From positions 202,647-266,646 of the IMG/VR virus record IMGVR_UViG_3300037294_000266: 64,000 nucleotides of DNA; one strand, written 5' to 3'. This document shows, in pieces, positions 41,099 to 48,407 of this stretch. Made by a program: the position numbers and the translations under genes. Each line of letters starts with the position of its first letter. Position 1 is the stretch's first letter. Under the pieces are notes generated by a model. The model saw only the letters and a list, made by a program, of their open reading frames with translations. It ran no database searches and was not told where the DNA came from.

Positions 41099-41532
41099 GT
41101 AAGGAAGAACAGCTTACTTTTATTCAGTTAGAACAGATGCCTTTTCCAGATTGGCTGATAGACGCTGTCCTTTGTGAACCTAACAAAGCGTTCATTGAGA
41201 CAGCGTCTATCAACGACTACGTCAACAGCATCATACTGCCAATTGTTGCTGATGAACTCAACTGGCCAGACAATCTGCAAGTGACAGCAAACCATGTCCA
41301 TTGTAGCAGTGACGGACTCGAGCCACACGACCATCTCCCTCACGAATACACTTCAGTACTCTATCTCATTGATGCCGAAGGTGATCTGATTGTTCATGAC
41401 GATGGCGAACACCGTGTCACGCCAGCAGAAGGTCGGTTTGTTCTGATGGACGCTCGTCTTAAACACAGTGTTGAACCATCCAACTGCATGCGTATTTCTC
41501 TGGTGACCAACTATGCAACCACCTGCCTATAA
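41095..41532 (+). CDS. 2OG-Fe(II) oxygenase-like protein
   Basis: PHDHLPHEYTSVLYL...GRFVLMDARLKHSV...MRISLVTN. Confidence 0.75.
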   Translation: MSKEEQLTFIQLEQMPFPDWLIDAVLCEPNKAFIETASINDYVNSIILPIVADELNWPDNLQVTANHVHCSSDGLEPHDHLPHEYTSVLYLIDAEGDLIVHDDGEHRVTPAEGRFVLMDARLKHSVEPSNCMRISLVTNYATTCL

Positions 41533-41947
41533 AGACTATCAACTGCTCTACGATGAATATGTCCAAGAGCATGCTGACGATTTTGCTAACATGGAAATCG
41601 TTGAGGATCCTGAACTTGTGGAAAACGCGCTCCATTACTTCAAGGAAGCGTCTTTCCCGCTCATCTATCCGGCTAAGAGTTATGCGGTGGCTATCATTTA
41701 CGCCACTAAGATTCATGAACTCTACGATATCCCAGTCAAGACGACCTTGAATGATCCCGATCTATTCTTAGGACATGACCGGTACTTCGTTCCGTATGAG
41801 CTAGATCCCCACACCTACGACGCTATCTTGGCTCGCTTAGAGACTATTCCTAATTGGATGGAATCTGGCTGGGCTCCGCAGTCGGTGAAGTACTGTCTTT
41901 TAGAATGTACTGAAGACGGTGTCAACTCGGTATTGAGCGGAGAGTGA
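41513..41947 (+). CDS. Hypothetical protein of the cluster
   Basis: 144 aa, overlapping both neighbours. Confidence 0.6.
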   Translation: MQPPAYKDYQLLYDEYVQEHADDFANMEIVEDPELVENALHYFKEASFPLIYPAKSYAVAIIYATKIHELYDIPVKTTLNDPDLFLGHDRYFVPYELDPHTYDAILARLETIPNWMESGWAPQSVKYCLLECTEDGVNSVLSGE

Positions 41948-42507
41948 CCATGAACTATCTAGAGCCGTGGAAGACTGAGATCGGGCATTTCAACGTGGCT
42001 GATCAGTTTGACATGACGGCCTTTGGTGAAGAGATATTTACGTTATTTGCCATGACCAATGGAGAGGACGAAAGTCAACGTAAGATTGACCCTTCGACGT
42101 TTCCTGTCCTTCTGAAGATGCGTGATGAAACAATAACGCCAGCGGTCATTGAATATACGAAACGTTGTTTCAACTACGACATGGATAAGTTCTATGTTGA
42201 AAGTAATGGTAAGTGGATTGCAGAAGGTGAGGGACTGTATCCACATTGGCATCCTGGCTCAGTCATCTCGGTCATCTGCTATCCAGTAGATTCTGCAAAT
42301 GGTTTGAACATGTTCGATCCTAAGGGGAACGCCATTCGGGGTTATCCTAAAGAGATGCGATGGGGACATTTTGCCAACTTGAACATCTCGCCTAAAGCAG
42401 GTGACATCTTCATATTCCCCAGTTACCTCCAACACAGCGTAAGTCATGTGACAGAAGAGGTGCGGTTGTCTCTGCTCCACGAGTATTATGTCACCCACAA
42501 TTTATAG
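41944..42507 (+). CDS. 2OG-Fe(II) oxygenase (TIGR02466-like)
   Basis: PHWHPGSVISVICYP...FDPKG...PKAGDIFIFPSYLQHSV...RLS. Confidence 0.8.
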   Translation: MTMNYLEPWKTEIGHFNVADQFDMTAFGEEIFTLFAMTNGEDESQRKIDPSTFPVLLKMRDETITPAVIEYTKRCFNYDMDKFYVESNGKWIAEGEGLYPHWHPGSVISVICYPVDSANGLNMFDPKGNAIRGYPKEMRWGHFANLNISPKAGDIFIFPSYLQHSVSHVTEEVRLSLLHEYYVTHNL

Positions 42508-42519
42508 GAAGTACGTACA

Positions 42520-43071
42520 ATGAAAATCATTCAGCCGTGGAAGATAGAGATCGCCCAGTACAATCTTCTCGAACAGGTGGATAACAGTGCCATCACCGAA
42601 GAAGTCCACATGCTTCACTGCCTATCTCCACGTGACTCTCTGACACCTCTGGTAGTGACTCCAGAGCAATTCCCAGCGTTGTGTCACTTCCGTGACAAGA
42701 TTGTTCACGGACTGGTGGTTGATTACATTCGCCGAGTGTTCGGTGTTGAGCCATTCGATATTGCTACCGATACGTTTGGCAAGGTGTTCGACAAGCAACA
42801 AGGACTTGGCAGTCACTTGCATGGCAACTCGTGCCTGACGAGCGTGTACTATCCTAGCGATTCTGATGCAGGGATGTCTCTGGCAGACCCGCGCTTCAAT
42901 GCATCTCGTGGATATCCGCGTTCGATACGTGATAACCACTTTGGCGAGTTCTATGTGGCGCCTAAGGCAGGTGATCTCTGGATCATGCCTAGCTATATCC
43001 AGCACAGTGTTGCTCCAAGTACAGAAGAGATGCGTCTCTCTCTAATCAATGACTTTCATTTCAAGGCATAA
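42520..43071 (+). CDS. 2OG-Fe(II) oxygenase (TIGR02466-like), paralog of the previous gene
   Basis: SHLHGNSCLTSVYYP...ADPR...PKAGDLWIMPSYIQHSV...RLSL. Confidence 0.8.
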   Translation: MKIIQPWKIEIAQYNLLEQVDNSAITEEVHMLHCLSPRDSLTPLVVTPEQFPALCHFRDKIVHGLVVDYIRRVFGVEPFDIATDTFGKVFDKQQGLGSHLHGNSCLTSVYYPSDSDAGMSLADPRFNASRGYPRSIRDNHFGEFYVAPKAGDLWIMPSYIQHSVAPSTEEMRLSLINDFHFKA

Positions 43072-43073
43072 TC

Positions 43074-43733
43074 ATGACTGATGAAGAGAATGGCTTGTAT
43101 CCAGGTGTAGACCGTGGCATGTTCCGGGTCATGCGTCTTCTAGATAACTCAGGTGTCCAATTGAAAGCACAGGTACGGATCAAGAATCTGTCTGTCTTCA
43201 ACTTCCTGAGCGATCTCCAATATGCTGTAATTGGCTATGGTCTCGAATGGTGGCGTGATGGTGAACCAGGTCCTCATGAGGCCGGTGAAGCAAATCCGTA
43301 CATCCCACGCGGCCGTCCTAACATCAGTCGGTTGTACTTCAGGGGTAAGACCAGTATTACTCCAAAGATGTTGCACTTAGAGGATGCGGTCATCAATGAC
43401 TTCATCAACTCTAAAGCTCTGGCTGATCCGATGACATACTCGACGTATGCATTGGAAGCCGCTGAACAAACCAGCAGTGCGGCTGTATGGCGTGATCTGG
43501 GTAAAACAGCATTCCAGTATGCCAACGCAGTTCATATTACCAAGTTAGAAGCTTCCTCCACCACCCCTCTTGAAATTGTGGTTGAGGGTCTGCGCTTCGA
43601 GTACCGTCGTAAAGCGTCTCCAGATATTGTGAAGACTGCAGACATTAAACCGTACAAGTTCACCAAACTTCGTGATTGTTACGAAGCCATGCAAACATTT
43701 ATCGAAAATGAGGTTACCAATGGCGATTTCTAA
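43074..43733 (+). CDS. Hypothetical protein
   Basis: 219 aa; its stop overlaps the endolysin start. Confidence 0.6.
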   Translation: MTDEENGLYPGVDRGMFRVMRLLDNSGVQLKAQVRIKNLSVFNFLSDLQYAVIGYGLEWWRDGEPGPHEAGEANPYIPRGRPNISRLYFRGKTSITPKMLHLEDAVINDFINSKALADPMTYSTYALEAAEQTSSAAVWRDLGKTAFQYANAVHITKLEASSTTPLEIVVEGLRFEYRRKASPDIVKTADIKPYKFTKLRDCYEAMQTFIENEVTNGDF

Positions 43734-44439
43734 GAATCGACTCATGGATCTACAGCGTGACATGAAAGCACTGGGTGTTTACTTCGGTGGTATCGATGGT
43801 GCATGGGGTCAGTTGTCCCACGGTGCATTTGTAAATGCTCGTCGAATGGCCAGTAAGAACAAGACAACCGCGCCTGAAGGCATGAGCGAATTATTGTTCA
43901 CATACTGTAAAGCCCACGCATGGTCTGACAAAGTCAGTGACGAGTTCATTCTCGAGACCAAACGTATTGCCACTGATCTTGGCATGACGTTCCAAGGTAC
44001 TGACGAATTATTGTCCTGCATGGCCTTCGAAACCGGTGAGACCTTCTCACCGACAATCAAGAACGGTGCCGGTGCTCCGTACTACGGCATTATCCAGTTT
44101 GGCGCAGCGGCTGCCAAAGATGCAGGCACGTCTATTCCTGCATTGTTGAAGATGACCAACGTAGAACAGCTTCAGTATGTCTACAACTTCTTCAAGCCTT
44201 ACAAAGGCAAGTTGAATGATTTGTCTGACTGTTACATGCGCATACTCTGGCCTGCCGCAGTCGGTAAACCTTCTGATTACGTGCTGTTCGACAAGATGAA
44301 TGCCAAGTCTAAAGCGTATGTTCAGAACAAAGGTCTGGACATCGACAAGGACGGGAAGATTACAAAAGCTGAAGCGGCTGCTAAAGTGATGCAGAAGCTT
44401 GTAGCTGGCTTACATCCAGGTAACCTGCGTGTAGCTTAA
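43720..44439 (+). CDS. Modular endolysin (PG-binding domain plus lysozyme/SLT-like domain)
   Basis: LQRDMKALGVYFGGIDGAWGQLS (PG_binding_1-like); CMAFETGETFSP...YYGIIQF; EF-hand-like DIDKDGKITKAE. Start at MAISK. Confidence 0.85.
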   Translation: MAISKNRLMDLQRDMKALGVYFGGIDGAWGQLSHGAFVNARRMASKNKTTAPEGMSELLFTYCKAHAWSDKVSDEFILETKRIATDLGMTFQGTDELLSCMAFETGETFSPTIKNGAGAPYYGIIQFGAAAAKDAGTSIPALLKMTNVEQLQYVYNFFKPYKGKLNDLSDCYMRILWPAAVGKPSDYVLFDKMNAKSKAYVQNKGLDIDKDGKITKAEAAAKVMQKLVAGLHPGNLRVA

Positions 44440-44459
44440 CAAAGAAAAAAAAGAAAGCT

Positions 44460-44490
44460 AGAGGGAGCCCTGGGGCTCCCTCTTATGCCG
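44460..44490. terminator. Bidirectional hairpin
   Basis: agagggagcc-ctgg-ggctccctct-tatgccg, preceded by an A-run. Confidence 0.8.
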
Positions 44491-44492
44491 TC

Positions 44493-44630
44493 TTACTTGG
44501 CACGACGCGTGGCACGAATGCCACAGAACGTGAATGTATCCGGAAGGCGCTTTACCAACACCTTGCCACCGATGTAGCCAATTGCAGCACCAACTACACC
44601 AGCACCTACAATAATAATTAATTTGTTCAT
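44493..44630 (-). CDS. Small membrane protein, 45 aa (not in ORF track)
   Basis: MNKLIIIVGAGVVGAAIGYIGGKVLVKRLPDTFTFCGIRATRRAK; RBS aggag. Confidence 0.65.
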   Translation of the reverse strand: MNKLIIIVGAGVVGAAIGYIGGKVLVKRLPDTFTFCGIRATRRAK

Positions 44631-44660
44631 GATCTTCTCCTGGACGACAGTTAGGTTATA

Positions 44661-45080
44661 TTAAGCAACTTCTTTCAATACGAAGTTAAAGTACTGGCCT
44701 GGAACCAGTACTGGGAATTGTTCAACACGGTCCCAAGCAATACTTTCGATGATGCCTTCGACATCAGCTTTAGGATCATTGGTTGCTTCGAAGACGGTAC
44801 CGGCACAGTTGTCACGAGTGACAACTACCTCACCACCCTTACGGACAGTGATTCGGTTTAAGCAGTAGTACGACGAGAAAGAACCGTTAAATAGTGCTAC
44901 AACTTCTTGGCGATCATCACGCTGGTAAACGACGACGCCTGCCAAAGACAGAGTACGTTCGCCTTTGCTATCATGTTCATCTTTTAGGATGAAGTTGGCA
45001 GCTTTAACGGCTTCAATGATTGCGGCATTCTCAGCGGTAAGTGTTGGAACAGGTTGAGCGAGATATTGTTGCTTGTTCAT
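44661..45080 (-). CDS. Hypothetical protein
   Basis: 139 aa, RBS aggag. Confidence 0.7.
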   Translation of the reverse strand: MNKQQYLAQPVPTLTAENAAIIEAVKAANFILKDEHDSKGERTLSLAGVVVYQRDDRQEVVALFNGSFSSYYCLNRITVRKGGEVVVTRDNCAGTVFEATNDPKADVEGIIESIAWDRVEQFPVLVPGQYFNFVLKEVA

Positions 45081-45111
45081 GGTGTTCTCCTTAGAACTGG
45101 GTTATGGTGCC

Positions 45112-45333
45112 TTAAGCGGCGATTGTGAAATCCACACTGTGCTTGGATGCACAGGTGTTATAGCAGATGACTACTTTATCATCGGCGATACGGATATCGC
45201 TGAACGACAAAGCATTGTGTTTACTGACTATCAAGGCAGCCAGAGTAGATTCGACACCTGCTGAAAGTAGCATGGTGAAGTTCTTGGCCACCCGGAGGCG
45301 TGTAGCGATGATCTTTGCGTTAATACTGCTCAT
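45112..45333 (-). CDS. Hypothetical protein
   Basis: 73 aa, RBS aggag. Confidence 0.65.
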   Translation of the reverse strand: MSSINAKIIATRLRVAKNFTMLLSAGVESTLAALIVSKHNALSFSDIRIADDKVVICYNTCASKHSVDFTIAA

Positions 45334-45397
45334 GGCTGCTCTCCTTATCGAGTGGCCTTATGTTTAGGGTTCTTATCTAGAATCTAGATAAGATGTA

Positions 45398-45559
45398 TTA
45401 CTTCTTAGTAGCAGCTGCGATTTCAATTGTTGCTGCCTGCATTGCACTGATTTGACGGCGAGCCAACATCCGAGCACGTACTTTAGATGTCAAGTAGACA
45501 TCTGTGAGAAATGCAGCAGTGATCGAGATAACGGCGGAGATGATGATTTTCTCTTTCAT
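45398..45559 (-). CDS. Small membrane protein, 53 aa (not in ORF track)
   Basis: MKEKIIISAVISITAAFLTDVYLTSKVRARMLARRQ...; start overlaps the upstream stop. Confidence 0.65.
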   Translation of the reverse strand: MKEKIIISAVISITAAFLTDVYLTSKVRARMLARRQISAMQAATIEIAAATKK

Positions 45560-45786
45560 GATAATGTTCCTTCTACTTCATCGATATTAAGGGATTCGGC
45601 TAATTTACGTTCAGCTTCTAAAAGCTCGTAGGTAGCGTGCGTCACGCCGTATTTAATCGAAGCTTCTGTATAGCGCTTGGCGATGAGTTTATCGATCTTG
45701 CCTTGCACTGGCGTGATGCGTTTAATACCTTCGTACAGAAAGGTACCAACGATACTCGCAGTCATGAGACATAACAACTCTTTCAT
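45556..45786 (-). CDS. Small membrane-anchored protein
   Basis: 76 aa, hydrophobic N-terminus MKELLCLMTASIVGTFLY. Confidence 0.65.
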   Translation of the reverse strand: MKELLCLMTASIVGTFLYEGIKRITPVQGKIDKLIAKRYTEASIKYGVTHATYELLEAERKLAESLNIDEVEGTLS

Positions 45787-45813
45787 GGTACTCTCCCTGA
45801 ATCAGTTATCGGA

Positions 45814-45921
45814 TTAACCGCGTGCTGCTTTCTTCGCAGCAAGGCGCTTCATGAGCAGTTGATACTGATCAATGACGATGTAGGTGCCAGCCAGTACAGC
45901 AATGGAGGATAGAATCTTCAT
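45814..45921 (-). CDS. Small membrane protein, 35 aa (not in ORF track)
   Basis: MKILSSIAVLAGTYIVIDQYQLLMKRLAAKKAARG; RBS aggag. Confidence 0.6.
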   Translation of the reverse strand: MKILSSIAVLAGTYIVIDQYQLLMKRLAAKKAARG

Positions 45922-45972
45922 GGTGTTACTCCTGAGTAGAGGTTATGACAGGATCGTTTGTCCTTATCACCT

Positions 45973-45991
45973 GTACTATGTATTGTTGAAA
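45973..45991 (-). promoter_or_regulatory. Candidate virion-RNAP early promoter
   Basis: Minus strand TTTCAACAATACATAGTAC upstream of the small-gene array; resembles the recalled phiKZ/EL early consensus (TTT..A...TAyATTA). Confidence 0.5.
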
Positions 45992-46267
45992 TAAATTCGA
46001 ATCGTATAAATAAACAAAAAGAAAAGAGGGCTTGAGCCCCCAGTGATTATCACGGCAAATCGGCATAAAGACAGCCAGGGGCGGAGGCACTGTTGGCCTG
46101 TCCGCTTACCTGTAACTGTCCGGGGATGTTGGTACCTGTCCCCTACATCATAAAGGAGAGTTGTTTTTATTTACCATAAAGGGTTTCATTCTCAAACATA
46201 CTGGAGTAGTGAATCACTTCGTGTTAATGATGTATGGTTACTTTTAGTTTCAATCAAATAAAGAATC

Positions 46268-46298
46268 CGGCATAGAGGAGGAGCAACTGCTCCTCCTC
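46268..46298. terminator. Hairpin
   Basis: cggcata-gaggaggagc-aact-gctcctcctc, just past the 46302 stop. Confidence 0.7.
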
Positions 46299-46301
46299 AT
46301 A

Positions 46302-46625
46302 TCACGTCTGCTTACCGACAGGTACCCATTCACGGTCCATCCACTGCCCTGTGTCGACAGATACACCCATCAGGTCACTGCGAGACTCAATCCACTCGTA
46401 GCATTCTTCTCTCGAATGTTTAGCCTCAAGTAAACGACTGAGTTCATCACCAGGTTGGGACTCATAATCGTTCTTGTGCCAACGACGCTGCTCCAAGTAT
46501 GTCCCTGCATCAGTTTCCGTCTTAATGATAAAGACAGTCTTCTGCAGATCCTCAAAGTAAACGGCTGCTTTACGCATGACCCCTCCTGTCAGGAATCTAG
46601 GATACAGTGCATCGAATGGTTTCAT
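46302..46625 (-). CDS. Hypothetical protein
   Basis: 107 aa, coupled to the upstream ORF. Confidence 0.6.
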   Translation of the reverse strand: MKPFDALYPRFLTGGVMRKAAVYFEDLQKTVFIIKTETDAGTYLEQRRWHKNDYESQPGDELSRLLEAKHSREECYEWIESRSDLMGVSVDTGQWMDREWVPVGKQT

Positions 46626-46825
46626 GGTAGTACGAACCTAAGATGCTTACTGGCCAGTGTCCAAATAAGGAGTCCGATGACAATGAGTTCAATAAGGATG
46701 CAGGCTCTTACTGCATACCGATCATTCCTCACATACGACACCGTATGTTTACCGTAAAGACTGATCAGCAGCACCAGTGATAGCGTACACAGTACAAGCA
46801 TGATGATAAGAACACTCGAAGGCAT
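46622..46825 (-). CDS. Small two-TM membrane protein
   Basis: 67 aa with two hydrophobic stretches. Confidence 0.6.
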   Translation of the reverse strand: MPSSVLIIMLVLCTLSLVLLISLYGKHTVSYVRNDRYAVRACILIELIVIGLLIWTLASKHLRFVLP

Positions 46826-46828
46826 GAT

Positions 46829-47359
46829 TTATCCCATCTTAATAACAACGATCTCTTTAGTGAACAACCCATTACAGGCCTTCGCCAATTGCATAGAATT
46901 GATCGCGTTATTGTGAGAGGCGTCATTGAAGATGACGTGAGTCGCATCATTCAAGAAGGATAACTTACCCGGATCATTGGCCCTAGAGATCGATACGATG
47001 TCCGTGACAGTGAAGACTCGTGTACGAACGAAGCCAGTGCCTCTCCATGACTCAATGAAGATATCCCGTAAGGCTGCATTGCATTCTACCACGATCGCCT
47101 TAGGATGAGCCTCTAGGAAGCTCTTGACCCATTTGGTCTTGCAGTTCTGCCTACCACCACCCATGTTAACGGTTCGTAGTTCACATAATGCTCTCCACGA
47201 CGGAGTACCGTCTGGATAAAGATACCCGGCTGCTTTCCATACCTCAGGAGGTGTAGGGTCTATCATAGACAATGATAGGTCGTATATAGATTGCCAGTTC
47301 GATACCGCATCTTCAGTTGTCATCATTAGCTCCAGTGGTGAGTAAGGTCTGTCATTCAT
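46829..47359 (-). CDS. Hypothetical protein with degenerate P-loop-like segment
   Basis: VNMGGGRQNCKT followed by alpha/beta pattern (HVIFND). Confidence 0.5.
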   Translation of the reverse strand: MNDRPYSPLELMMTTEDAVSNWQSIYDLSLSMIDPTPPEVWKAAGYLYPDGTPSWRALCELRTVNMGGGRQNCKTKWVKSFLEAHPKAIVVECNAALRDIFIESWRGTGFVRTRVFTVTDIVSISRANDPGKLSFLNDATHVIFNDASHNNAINSMQLAKACNGLFTKEIVVIKMG

Positions 47360-47384
47360 GTATCACCATCCAATGAATGATTGT

Positions 47385-47462
47385 TCAGATCCAACCTTGT
47401 AGATAAGCTAACCCAAGAAAGCCTACCAGTAGAAATACAATGAATGCACCGGCGATAACCAT
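47385..47462 (-). CDS. Possible 25-aa membrane peptide
   Basis: MVIAGAFIVFLLVGFLGLAYLQGWI; frame is open upstream to a GTG. Confidence 0.3.
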   Translation of the reverse strand: MVIAGAFIVFLLVGFLGLAYLQGWI

Positions 47463-47643
47463 ACGAACTCCGTTCACTATAAAGAATAGAAGAAGTCGTC
47501 GCTTCGCTCCTCCGCTTGCGCATTGTCTCCGTTCCACTTCAACAATGCTTTTTATAGCATTTTGAAATTATTCAGAGGATTATCCAAATACGTATTAAAT
47601 TACCGAATCCTATGATCACGTACTAAACAATCAGGTGTGTCCA

Positions 47644-48363
47644 ATGCGCAATATATTAATGGCAGCAGCCGGTCGTAACGACTGGAGAAAGCATGTCAAG
47701 ATAGATCTCGATATTCGAGCTAGTAGCGTAGTCAACAAAGTCAATGGATTGGCTGCTACATTACCAAGTGGGATTACTTTTAGTGACACTCCCGAAGGTA
47801 AAGTAGTGGTGTTCACCTCAGCCGTGTTTGGGGGCCTTAGCTTCCCTCATGCAGCCGAGTATGCTCCTGGCACTGGTGACTTCACTATGGAATCCATCAT
47901 CGACGTAGATGGGGTTCATCTACAGACCGTTGGAAACAGTGAGATCGTTCCTATTGCATCGTGGGGTACTTGGGCAGCACCGGGCAATACCTTGAACATG
48001 GACTTCTTCTACAACCACTTGAATGGCGGTGCGCTGCGGCTAGGTAATTACAATGTTAGCGGAGTGTCTAACTTTGTCGGTAAAGATGGCATTGGTCTCA
48101 TTGACCAGACAAAATACATCCACACTGTAGTGCAGCGTCGTAAAGGGATCGTCTACTTCTACCAGAACGGTGTATTGGTAGATACAGTGCCATACGCAAT
48201 TAACTTAAACGCTGCCATCTCCGGCCCGTTCCGGATCATGTCACGTCGAGGTGGTGGTGATGGATCCGTCTGGTGGCGCTTCCAGGGTAAGTTACGTGGA
48301 TTCCGATTCACGCATGCTGCCATTTACAACGGCGCTTCATTCACGCCAGTGGTAAAGTTCTAA
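47644..48363 (+). CDS. Concanavalin A-like/LamG lectin-fold protein, probably virion-associated
   Basis: GDFTMESII...HTVVQRRKGIVYFYQNGVLV...GKLRGFRFTHAAIY pattern. Confidence 0.7.
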   Translation: MRNILMAAAGRNDWRKHVKIDLDIRASSVVNKVNGLAATLPSGITFSDTPEGKVVVFTSAVFGGLSFPHAAEYAPGTGDFTMESIIDVDGVHLQTVGNSEIVPIASWGTWAAPGNTLNMDFFYNHLNGGALRLGNYNVSGVSNFVGKDGIGLIDQTKYIHTVVQRRKGIVYFYQNGVLVDTVPYAINLNAAISGPFRIMSRRGGGDGSVWWRFQGKLRGFRFTHAAIYNGASFTPVVKF

Positions 48364-48365
48364 GT

Positions 48366-48405
48366 GACATAATACAGGGAGGCCCGAAGGCCTCCCTGTA
48401 TGCCG
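48366..48405. terminator. Bidirectional hairpin
   Basis: gacata-atacagggaggcc-cgaa-ggcctccctgtat-gccg. Confidence 0.8.
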
Positions 48406-48407
48406 TT

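Noticed and set aside
30520-43733. Cluster as a DNA hypermodification (7-deazaguanine/queuosine) or NrdG/cofactor pathway
   Set aside because: No QueC/QueD/FolE/DpdA, NrdD, kinase or glycosyltransferase motifs. SPASM-like tails and a Cys/His-repeat protein point to peptide substrates. Not formally excluded.
46000-47640. tRNA genes in the intergenic gaps
   Set aside because: No cloverleaf with a T-loop GTTCRA plus acceptor stem was found by eye; tRNAscan-SE would settle it.
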